DNA of 12,382 nt, from the NCBI GenBank assembly GCA_031459535.1, contig JAVKIJ010000086.1, positions 1-12,382 on the forward strand, written 5' to 3'. Both the position numbers and the translations under genes were made by a program. Below, piece after piece: positions 1 to 6,680 of the stretch (the first letter of the stretch is position 1; the number at the start of each line of letters is the position of its first letter). The notes beneath the pieces are model-generated. The model was not told the DNA's origin, searched no databases, and was given only the letters and a program-made list of their open reading frames with translations. The stretch comes from Candidatus Fervidifonticultor quintus (GTDB taxonomy: Bacteria; Sysuimicrobiota; Sysuimicrobiia; Sysuimicrobiales; Humicultoraceae).

Positions 1-105
1 CGGTTCTACAATCGGGAGCGGCCCCATCTGGGCTATCGCCTCAAGGGGCGAACCCCGGCCATGGCATTCAGGACTCGATTGGAGTCTCAAAGTGCAAACA
101 CCTAG
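1..105 (+). CDS. IS481-family transposase, C-terminal fragment (5' part outside window)
   Basis: Frame +1 translated by hand from base 1: RFYNRERPHLGYRLKGRTPAMAFRTRLESQSANT*, TAG at 103-105. YNxxRPH-x-GY-xxxG-x-TP is the C-terminal motif of the integrase core in IS481/IS3-type DDE transposases. Confidence 0.85.
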   Translation, partial: RFYNRERPHLGYRLKGRTPAMAFRTRLESQSANT

Positions 106-118
106 TCCGAACTTGACA
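1..118 (+). mobile_element. Right end of an IS481-like insertion sequence, putative terminal inverted repeat about 91-118
   Basis: The transposase stop is followed by TCCGAACTTGACA, ending in ACA at 116-118. The reverse complement begins TGTCAAG, matching the TGT...ACA ends of IS481. CGCTAG follows directly, and local GC is lower than in the adjacent genes. Confidence 0.7.
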
Positions 119-140
119 CGCTAGAACAATCCACGATGAA

Positions 141-202
141 GCATCGGAAGCCTTCCACGGGCCTGTGGACTTGGCCCTGGATCTCTGGCAGCTTCCGATC
201 GC
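141..202. repeat. Inverted-repeat structure with nested hairpin (possible terminator, REP-like element or RNA stability element)
   Basis: ATCGGAAGC (143-151) is the exact reverse complement of GCTTCCGAT (191-199) and extends by GC/GC across a 1-nt bulge. An inner stem TCCAC (154-158)/GTGGA (165-169) lies within it. It sits just downstream of the 217-615 gene. Confidence 0.45.
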
Positions 203-216
203 AGGGGGGTGACGCG

Positions 217-615
217 TCACGGCGCCGGCACGACCGTGCGCCAGATCGCCTGCCAGGCCCCACTCACGCGGACGAACACCCACACGTCCCAGCCCACCTC
301 CTGGAAGTCGGTCGTGTCAATGGAATAGGTGATGGCGTAACGGTACGTGGCCACCGCCGCGTCGCCCACCACGTGCACGTCGGGGTCCGTGGCGTGGTAG
401 TGGTGGATACGGGTTCCTGCCACGAACTCCCCGTAGCTCGCCACACACGTGTCCCGCCCCTCGACGCGGTCCTGGAACCGCGGGGAGATGATCACCATGT
501 CCTCGTGGAAGTATGCGGCGAGGCGCTCGGGTCGGCCGCCCACCCACGCGGCGTTGATCTCCTCCACGAGCCGGCCGATGGCCGCCCGATCGTCGCCGTG
601 CGCGTCCTCTCCCAT
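217..615 (-). CDS. NTF2-like / SnoaL-like (DUF4440) protein
   Basis: 132 aa with the typical pattern: AIGRLVEEINAAWVGG..LAAYFHEDMVII..VEGRD..VHVVGDAAVATY..WVFVRVSGAWQAIW. Lies 22 nt downstream of the LLM gene on the same strand. Confidence 0.85.
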   Translation of the reverse strand: MGEDAHGDDRAAIGRLVEEINAAWVGGRPERLAAYFHEDMVIISPRFQDRVEGRDTCVASYGEFVAGTRIHHYHATDPDVHVVGDAAVATYRYAITYSIDTTDFQEVGWDVWVFVRVSGAWQAIWRTVVPAP

Positions 616-637
616 CGGTGGGCCCGAAGTGCGCGGG

Positions 638-1525
638 CTATGCCCGTGCGACCGCTATGAACTGCCTGACCGCGGCCAGATGGGCATCCGGCGTTGCGAA
701 CCCGGCCTGCATCGTGCCCACGCACAGATGGGTGGCGCACAGATCACGCCATTCGTTCACGGCGCGGCGCCAGGTCTCCGGTCCGCCACTGCCCAGCGGA
801 ATCCGCCCTTCGATGCCGAACGACGCCGGATCACGGCCGGTCAATGCGAGCTCGCGCCGCAGCCGCTCCACCATCTCGCGCGGGGTGCTCGCCGGCGGTC
901 GCCCGAAGGGGCTGGGCCGCCCGCCGCCGTACATCCAGCCGTCCGCCAGCCTGGCGGCACGCCGCAGGACCACGTCCGCCGATCCACCCATCCAGATGGG
1001 GATCGGCCGTTGGACGGGCAGCGGGTTGATACCGGCCTCGACGATGGTATGCCAGCGCCCGCGGAACGTGACGACCTCCTGGGTCCACAGCGCGCGCAGC
1101 ACCTTCACCTGCTCGACGACGCGCACGCCGCGGGTGTGGAAATCCATCCCCAGGGCTTCGTACTCCACCGGGTTCCAACCTAGGCCCACCCCCAACCGGA
1201 GGCGACCGCCGCTCAGCAGGTCCACCTCGGCGGCCTGCTTGGCGACCAGGGCGGTCTGTCGCTGGGGCAGGATGAGAATCCCGGTGGCGAGCCCCAGCCG
1301 CCGCGTGCAGCCCGCGAGGTAGCCGAAGAGCGCGAAGGGCTCGTGAAACGGGTCCTCCCGGTCGTAACCCTGCCAACCAGGGCGGTTGGCTGTCTCGGCA
1401 CCGAGCACGTGGTCGTACGCCAGCATGTAGTCGTAGCCCAGGTCTTCCACGGCCTGGGCGAAGTCACGGATGACGGCAGGATCTGTGCCGATCTCTGTCT
1501 GCGGAAAGACGACGCCCAGCTGCAT
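638..1525 (-). CDS. LLM-class, probably F420-dependent, oxidoreductase
   Basis: 295 aa. Motifs MQLGVVFPQTEIG, AYDHVLG, LATGILILPQRQTALVAKQAAEVDLLSGGRLRLGVGLGWN..EY, PIPIWMGG, RRAARLADGW. Strong RBS GAGGAGG upstream of ATG at 1525. Confidence 0.92.
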   Translation of the reverse strand: MQLGVVFPQTEIGTDPAVIRDFAQAVEDLGYDYMLAYDHVLGAETANRPGWQGYDREDPFHEPFALFGYLAGCTRRLGLATGILILPQRQTALVAKQAAEVDLLSGGRLRLGVGLGWNPVEYEALGMDFHTRGVRVVEQVKVLRALWTQEVVTFRGRWHTIVEAGINPLPVQRPIPIWMGGSADVVLRRAARLADGWMYGGGRPSPFGRPPASTPREMVERLRRELALTGRDPASFGIEGRIPLGSGGPETWRRAVNEWRDLCATHLCVGTMQAGFATPDAHLAAVRQFIAVARA

Positions 1526-1553
1526 GGCGATGAGCCCTCCTCAGCGCTTCCGT

Positions 1554-2567
1554 TCACCGGAATCGCGCGATGACCTCCTCGGCGGTGGTGCGCAGCGCCC
1601 GTTCCCGGTCGAGGCCCAGCGGCGGACCGATGCTGATCTGCGTGACGCCCATGCGCTGCAGCCATCGCACGCGCTCTATGACCTCTGCTGGGGTGCCCGC
1701 CACTGCCAGCCTGAACATCTGGGGCCGGACGAGCTCCGCCGCCCGCTGGTACTCGCCGGCCTGCCAGGCGGCTCTGATGTCGGCGAAGTCGTCGGGACCC
1801 AGCCCGATGGGCGCCAGCGTCTCGGCGCGCAGTGAGGGACCATAGTAGGCAATCAGCGGCCGCAGCGCGTCCTCGGTCTGGCGGCGGTCTTCACCGATGG
1901 CCCACCAGACGCAGGCCACCAGGTCGAAACCCTCCAGCGACCGTCCCGCCCGCATAGCCCCAGCCCGGATACGCGTCACCACGTCGCCAATGACCTCGGG
2001 AGGGAACGCGATGGGCAAGGCGCCGTCGCCGGCTTCGCCGGCGAACTCCAGCACCCTCGGGCCCTGGCCGCCGATGTAGATTGGCACGGGCGGTTGCGGC
2101 AGCGGGAACCGGAGCTTCGCTCCGGGCTTCCAGCCGCGAAAGACCTCGCCATCGAAGGCGGCCTCTCCGCCGCCGAGCAGGGCGCGTAGCAGGCGGGTGG
2201 CCTCCCGCAAGCCCGTCAGCGGCTTCGCCTGCCGCAACCCCACCCAGTCCAGGTAGGGCGGGTCGCCGGGCCCGATGCCCAGGACAAACCGGCCGCCACT
2301 GAACTCCTGCAGAGTCGCAGCGCGCATGGCCAGCTCGGCAGGGCTCGACGAAAACGGATTGGCGATAGCCGTGCCGACCCGCAACCGCCGCGTTGCCGCT
2401 GCCACGGCGGTCAGGACCACCCAGGCGTCGCGCTGCATGAGGTCCTGACAGTACCAGAAGTCGTCGAAGCCGGCCGCCTCAGCCATCTGCGCCCAGCGCA
2501 CGACCTCGTGGATCGTTCCCGACGCGCTGTTGAAACGGATGCCGAAGCGCATGCTCCCCGGAGCCAT
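1554..2567 (-). CDS. Mer-like LLM oxidoreductase (5,10-methylenetetrahydromethanopterin reductase homologue)
   Basis: Start moved from 2672 to ATG 2567, which follows AAAGGGA (alternative start 2552, MRFGIRF); 337 aa. Motifs AEAAGFDDFW, GTAIANP, SGGRFVLGIGPGD, PIYIGGQGPRVLEFAGEAGDG, QISIGPPLG resemble Mer. Confidence 0.88.
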   Translation of the reverse strand: MAPGSMRFGIRFNSASGTIHEVVRWAQMAEAAGFDDFWYCQDLMQRDAWVVLTAVAAATRRLRVGTAIANPFSSSPAELAMRAATLQEFSGGRFVLGIGPGDPPYLDWVGLRQAKPLTGLREATRLLRALLGGGEAAFDGEVFRGWKPGAKLRFPLPQPPVPIYIGGQGPRVLEFAGEAGDGALPIAFPPEVIGDVVTRIRAGAMRAGRSLEGFDLVACVWWAIGEDRRQTEDALRPLIAYYGPSLRAETLAPIGLGPDDFADIRAAWQAGEYQRAAELVRPQMFRLAVAGTPAEVIERVRWLQRMGVTQISIGPPLGLDRERALRTTAEEVIARFR

Positions 2568-2590
2568 CGTTCCCTTTCTATCACGGGGAC

Positions 2591-2608
2591 AGGGTTGCGT
2601 CCAACCGT
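2591..2608. promoter_or_regulatory. Imperfect palindrome in the divergent intergenic gap (candidate operator)
   Basis: AGGGTTG-CGTC-CAACCGT, with a perfect core GGTTG/CAACC, lies in the 47-bp gap between the divergent starts at 2567 and 2615. Confidence 0.25.
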
Positions 2609-2614
2609 TGCCGA

Positions 2615-3331
2615 ATGCACTTGTTTCGTATGGCAGGCGGGCTGCGGCCGCACCGCGTACAGAAGCAGGCATGCCGGGCCGCCGTCGCCGCGGTCCTGGG
2701 CGAGGAGGCGGCAGACGAGCTCATGCTCGAGACCGGTATCGCCGGCTTGTCCGATCTCCTGCCGGATGGCCCGCGGGACCTCGCGGCTCTCTCCGAGGAA
2801 CTGCAGCCCTTCGTGGACCTCTACCGGGCCGTGGCAGCCCGCACCGGACGCGACGTGGCCCTGGCCGCGGCGAGGCAGGCGATCGTCCGGTCGGCGATCG
2901 TCGGCTTCGCCAGCGAGGACGAGGCCCTGCGCCGCGAGGTGGCGGGCGGCCAGCGGCCGGCCGAGCCCCGGCTCAACCTGACCGGCCCACCCCCGGCGGG
3001 GTTCCGCGTTGCCCGCGAGGAACTGCAACGCCGCTTTGCGGCCTCACTGCGGTTCTTCTCCTGTGAGGGACAACTGCTGGAGTATACGCCGGAGCGCGTG
3101 CGGTTCTCCATCACAGACTGCAACTGGGTGCGGGCCATGCAGCGGGCCGGAGCGCCGGAGCTGGCGGCGTTCTTCTGCGAGAGCGACGAACGCTTCGCCG
3201 ACGGGCACCCCACGCACCGGCTGGAGCGGCCTACCGCCATCGGGTTGGGGCATGCCAGCTGTGAGTTCAGATTCGTTCCCAGGGGCGAGGCAGACGCAGC
3301 ATCGGGAGGGACGAGTGACCATGACAGATGA
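2615..3331 (+). CDS. L-2-amino-thiazoline-4-carboxylic acid (ATC) hydrolase family protein
   Basis: C-terminal ITDCNWVRAMQRAGAPELAAFFCESDERF...LERPTAIGLGHASCEFRF fits the family pattern C...G..EL...C..D...L.R...I..G...C.F.F. Start uncertain (2615 or 2630). The stop overlaps the start of the next gene. Confidence 0.8.
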   Translation: MHLFRMAGGLRPHRVQKQACRAAVAAVLGEEAADELMLETGIAGLSDLLPDGPRDLAALSEELQPFVDLYRAVAARTGRDVALAAARQAIVRSAIVGFASEDEALRREVAGGQRPAEPRLNLTGPPPAGFRVAREELQRRFAASLRFFSCEGQLLEYTPERVRFSITDCNWVRAMQRAGAPELAAFFCESDERFADGHPTHRLERPTAIGLGHASCEFRFVPRGEADAASGGTSDHDR

Positions 3332-4889
3332 TGAGACGTCGGCGCGCCTGACACGGCGCGACCTCCTGCAGCGGGCGGCGGCGCTGGCCGGGGCTAGTGT
3401 GGTGCCGGGTCGCCTGGCCGGTGCGGTCCAGGCTGCCGCAGTCGGCGCGCCCCAGCCGGTCGGCAACTTGTTGATCGTCCAGGGGGTGGACGCCGAGTCG
3501 CTGGACCCGCACGTCACCACCTCAGGCGCTTCCAAGGGCATGATGTGGGCCATGTACGACAAGCTGCTGGAACGCTCACCGGACATGAAGCTGATCCCGT
3601 GGCTGGCGACCTCCCACCGGGTGATCAGCGATACGACCTGGGAGTTCAGGTTGCGCGACCACGTGTACTTCCACAACGGCGAGAAGTTCGGGGCGGAGCA
3701 CGTCCGGGACACCATCGCGCGATTCAAGAACCCGGCGGTCCGCAACGTCTACGCGGGGCAACTCCGGCCGGTGAAGGATGTGGAGGTCGTCAATCCCCTC
3801 ACGGTGCGCATCCACACCGACGGACCGTTTGCGCTGCTGGCCGAGGTCCTCTCGCTCTATTGTGAGATGCTCCCCAGGGCCATCACCAGCGGTGAGGTGG
3901 ATCCCACCAAGCGGGCCATCGGTACCGGTCCGTACCGGTTCACCGAATGGAATCCCGGCCAGCGCATGGTCATGGACTTCGCCGAGCGGCCCCACTTCAG
4001 CGGCCAACCCAGGCTGCGGCGGATCGTCTGGCGGCCGGTGGCGGAGTCGGCGACGCGGTTGGTCGAGCTCAAAACCGGCGCGGCCCACCTCATCACCCCC
4101 GTCGATCCCATTCAGATTCCCGAGCTCGAGGCCACCCGGAACGTGGAGGTGATCACGTTCCGCCAGCTCTCGTCACAGATCGTGGTGCTGAACTCCCTGA
4201 GGGTGCGGGCGTTCCAGGACGTGCGGGTGCGGCAGGCGATGAACTACGCCACCGACGTGGACACCCTGATCCGCACGGTCATGCGCGGCGCGGCCTACCG
4301 GTTGGCCAGCGCGTTCGGGCCGGGGATCCCCGGGTACGATGAGAGCCTGCGGCCGTATCCGTACGATCCTGATCGCGCGAGGCAGCTCCTCTCCGAGGCC
4401 GGATTCGGCGCCGGCTTCGACGTGACGCTGGTGACGCCGGAAGGCCGCTACCTCAACGACCGCCTGGCGAGCGAGGCCATTGCCGGCATGTGGTCCCGGG
4501 TCGGCGTGCGCACGCGGGTCCAGGTCATGGACTGGAGTCCGTTCGTGCAGGGCGTGCTGGGCAAGACCCACGACGCCTTCTTCTTCCAGCAGGTCGGGGT
4601 CCTGCTCGACGCTACGGTCAGCATCAACTTCGACTCTGACCGCAAGGGCGCAGCCTGGCAGGGGTATCACAACGAGGAAGCCAACCGTCTCATTCAGGAG
4701 GCCCCCAGGACCCTGAACGCGGCGCGCCGCAACGACATGTACAAGCGGCTGAACCAGATTCTCCATCGCGACTGCCCCTGGGTCTACCTGTGGAACCAGC
4801 AGGGGGTGTACGCGCGGCAGAAGCGCGTCAAGGGGTGGGTGGCTCACGCGGACGGGATCATCAGGCTCGGGGATATCAGGCTGATCTAG
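3321..4889 (+). CDS. ABC transporter substrate-binding protein, family 5 (DppA/OppA/GsiB-like), with Tat signal peptide
   Basis: Start moved from 3009 to ATG 3321 (or GTG 3315) after GGGAGGG; 522 aa. Twin-arginine motif TRRDLL. Family motifs SLDPH, MYDKLL, PWLATS, WEFRLRDHVYFHNG, IGTGPYRF, DVRVRQAMNYA, YPYDPDRARQLLSEAG. Confidence 0.95.
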   Translation: MTDDETSARLTRRDLLQRAAALAGASVVPGRLAGAVQAAAVGAPQPVGNLLIVQGVDAESLDPHVTTSGASKGMMWAMYDKLLERSPDMKLIPWLATSHRVISDTTWEFRLRDHVYFHNGEKFGAEHVRDTIARFKNPAVRNVYAGQLRPVKDVEVVNPLTVRIHTDGPFALLAEVLSLYCEMLPRAITSGEVDPTKRAIGTGPYRFTEWNPGQRMVMDFAERPHFSGQPRLRRIVWRPVAESATRLVELKTGAAHLITPVDPIQIPELEATRNVEVITFRQLSSQIVVLNSLRVRAFQDVRVRQAMNYATDVDTLIRTVMRGAAYRLASAFGPGIPGYDESLRPYPYDPDRARQLLSEAGFGAGFDVTLVTPEGRYLNDRLASEAIAGMWSRVGVRTRVQVMDWSPFVQGVLGKTHDAFFFQQVGVLLDATVSINFDSDRKGAAWQGYHNEEANRLIQEAPRTLNAARRNDMYKRLNQILHRDCPWVYLWNQQGVYARQKRVKGWVAHADGIIRLGDIRLI

Positions 4890-4895
4890 CGCGGC

Positions 4896-5822
4896 GTGGG
4901 ACGGTTTGTCATCCAGCGCCTCGGGTACCTGGTGTGGGTGCTCGGGGCCGTGAGCATCCTCGTGTTCCTGCTCATCCACCTGAGCGGCGACCCGATTCGG
5001 CTGCTGACGCCGCTGGACGCCACACCTGAAGACGTGGAGCGGGTGCGCCGGCTCTACGGGCTCGACCGGCCGCTGCCCGTTCAGTACGTGGCCTTTCTTA
5101 AGAGCGCCCTCCGCGGCGATCTCGGCGAGTCGTTCCGCTACCAGCAGCCGGCGTTCGCCCTGGTGATGCACCGCCTGCCCGCCACCGCGCTCCTAGCGGG
5201 GGTGACCATCGGGCTGACCGTCATCGCGGGCATCCCCCTGGGCGTGTATGTGGGTGCGCGTGCGGGCGGCCCGGCGGACTGGGCGGTGTCGCTGGTCACG
5301 TTCGTCCTCATCAGCCTGCCATCGTTCTGGCTGGGCGTCCTGATGATTCTCCTGTTCGCGGACCGGCTGCGCCTGCTGCCCGCCTCAGGATTCGACGGTT
5401 GGCCCTCGCTGGTACTGCCGGCGCTCACGCTGTCGGTGTACACCACCGGGCTGATCATCCGCCTGGTCCGTGCCGACATTGTCGAGGTGCTGCGCGCGGA
5501 CTTCATCCGCACCGCGCGCGCCAAGGGCGCGGCCGAGCGCGTGGTGCTGGCGCGGCACGCGCTGCGGAATGCGCTGATCTCCGCGGTGACGGTGCTCGGG
5601 CTACAACTGGGCAACCTGCTCGGCGGGTCCGTGGTGGTCGAGACGGTGTTCGCCTGGCCCGGTGTGGGCTGGCTGATGCTCCAGGGTATCCAGACGCGGG
5701 ACCTGCCCGTCGTGCGGGCCGTGGTGCTGGTGGTCGGCACCCTCTTCGTGGTCATCAACCTGACCGTCGATCTCCTGTATCTGTACCTGGACCCCAGGAT
5801 TCGCTATGACCATGGCCGTTGA
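4896..5822 (+). CDS. dppB: Peptide/nickel ABC transporter permease, DppB/OppB-like
   Basis: GTG start; 308 aa. GDP..., YGLDRPLPVQY, GDLGESF, RLPATALLA, EAA loop DFIRTARAKG..ERVVLARHALRNAL, GGSVVVETVFAWPGVG, DLLYLYLDPRIR. Confidence 0.95.
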   Translation: MGRFVIQRLGYLVWVLGAVSILVFLLIHLSGDPIRLLTPLDATPEDVERVRRLYGLDRPLPVQYVAFLKSALRGDLGESFRYQQPAFALVMHRLPATALLAGVTIGLTVIAGIPLGVYVGARAGGPADWAVSLVTFVLISLPSFWLGVLMILLFADRLRLLPASGFDGWPSLVLPALTLSVYTTGLIIRLVRADIVEVLRADFIRTARAKGAAERVVLARHALRNALISAVTVLGLQLGNLLGGSVVVETVFAWPGVGWLMLQGIQTRDLPVVRAVVLVVGTLFVVINLTVDLLYLYLDPRIRYDHGR

Positions 5823-6660
5823 GCTGGCACCCACACCGGGTCGGCCCCGGCGCAGGCGGCCGGCGGCCTTTTTCGCCGGGGTGGCCATCATCGGCGCGAT
5901 GGCCGCCATCGCGCTCTTCGCGCCCCACTTGAGCCGGCACGGCTACGCCGAACAGGATCTGGTGCGGTCCCTGCAACCTCCGGCCTGGCTGGCGGGTGGC
6001 GACTGGAGCTATCCGCTGGGCACGGACCGTCTCGGGCGCGACCTGCTGGCGCGGCTGATGGTCGGGGCGCGGGTATCCATGGCGGTCGCCGGACTCTCGG
6101 TGTTCCTGGGCGGCGGATTGGGGACCCTGCTGGGCCTGGCCGCCGGCTACTTTGGACGGTGGGTGGACCGCGCCGTCAGCCGCTTGATCGACATTCAGCT
6201 CTCGTTCCCGCCGGTCTTTATCGCCATTGCCATTATGGCCGCCCTGGGCCAGAGCCTGGTCAAACTGGTCCTGGTCCTGGCCTTCGTGAGCTGGGTCCAG
6301 TACGCGCGCATCGCGCGAGCCAACACCCTGGCGGTGCGAGAGCGCGAGTTCGTGCTGGCCGCGCGGGCGCTAGGTGCCGAGGAGGGCCGCATCGTGCTGC
6401 GACACATCCTGCCCTCGATCCTGCCGCCGCTGCTGGTAGTGGGCGCGGTCAACATGTCCAATGTGATCCTGGCTGAGGCGGCACTCAGCTTCCTGGGGCT
6501 GGGCGTCCAACCGCCGACGCCGGCCTGGGGGAGCATGGTGAGCGAGGGCCGTTCGGTCCAGAGCCTGGCCTGGTGGAATACGGTGTTCCCGGGGATGGCC
6601 ATTGCTCTGCTGGTGATCGGCGCGAACCTGCTGAGCGACGGGTTGCAGCGGACCCGATAG
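5806..6660 (+). CDS. dppC: Peptide/nickel ABC transporter permease, DppC/OppC-like
   Basis: 284 aa, overlapping the dppB end (alternative start 5812). YPLGTDRLGRDLLARLMVGARVS, GLAAGYFG, EAA motif REFVLAARALGA, EAALSFLGLGVQPPTPAWGSM. Confidence 0.95.
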   Translation: MTMAVELAPTPGRPRRRRPAAFFAGVAIIGAMAAIALFAPHLSRHGYAEQDLVRSLQPPAWLAGGDWSYPLGTDRLGRDLLARLMVGARVSMAVAGLSVFLGGGLGTLLGLAAGYFGRWVDRAVSRLIDIQLSFPPVFIAIAIMAALGQSLVKLVLVLAFVSWVQYARIARANTLAVREREFVLAARALGAEEGRIVLRHILPSILPPLLVVGAVNMSNVILAEAALSFLGLGVQPPTPAWGSMVSEGRSVQSLAWWNTVFPGMAIALLVIGANLLSDGLQRTR

Positions 6661-6680
6661 CGCCCAAGGAGAGTGGACTG

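Noticed and set aside
136..1322. Long plus-strand ORFs 136-660, 449-1183 and 618-1322
   Set aside because: Antisense shadows of the NTF2 and LLM genes, rich in Arg/Pro/Ala, with no recognisable motifs; expected in high-GC DNA.
2593..2606. Hairpin with a GACG loop on the minus strand as a possible guanidine-II riboswitch
   Set aside because: Guanidine-II needs two tandem hairpins with ACGR loops. There is only one hairpin here and its loop register does not match.
2568..2672. N-terminal extension of the Mer-like ORF to 2672
   Set aside because: It would overlap the divergent gene head to head. The LLM fold begins at MRFGIRF and an RBS precedes 2567.
3009..3320. 104-aa extension of the SBP ORF, suggesting a fusion
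   Set aside because: It lies inside the ATC-hydrolase-like gene in another frame. The RBS and Tat signal place the start at 3315 or 3321.
4173..5171. 332-aa minus-strand ORF, and similar antisense ORFs at 7493-8509, 9934-10737 and 10079-10876
   Set aside because: They mirror well-supported genes on the opposite strand and show no family motifs.
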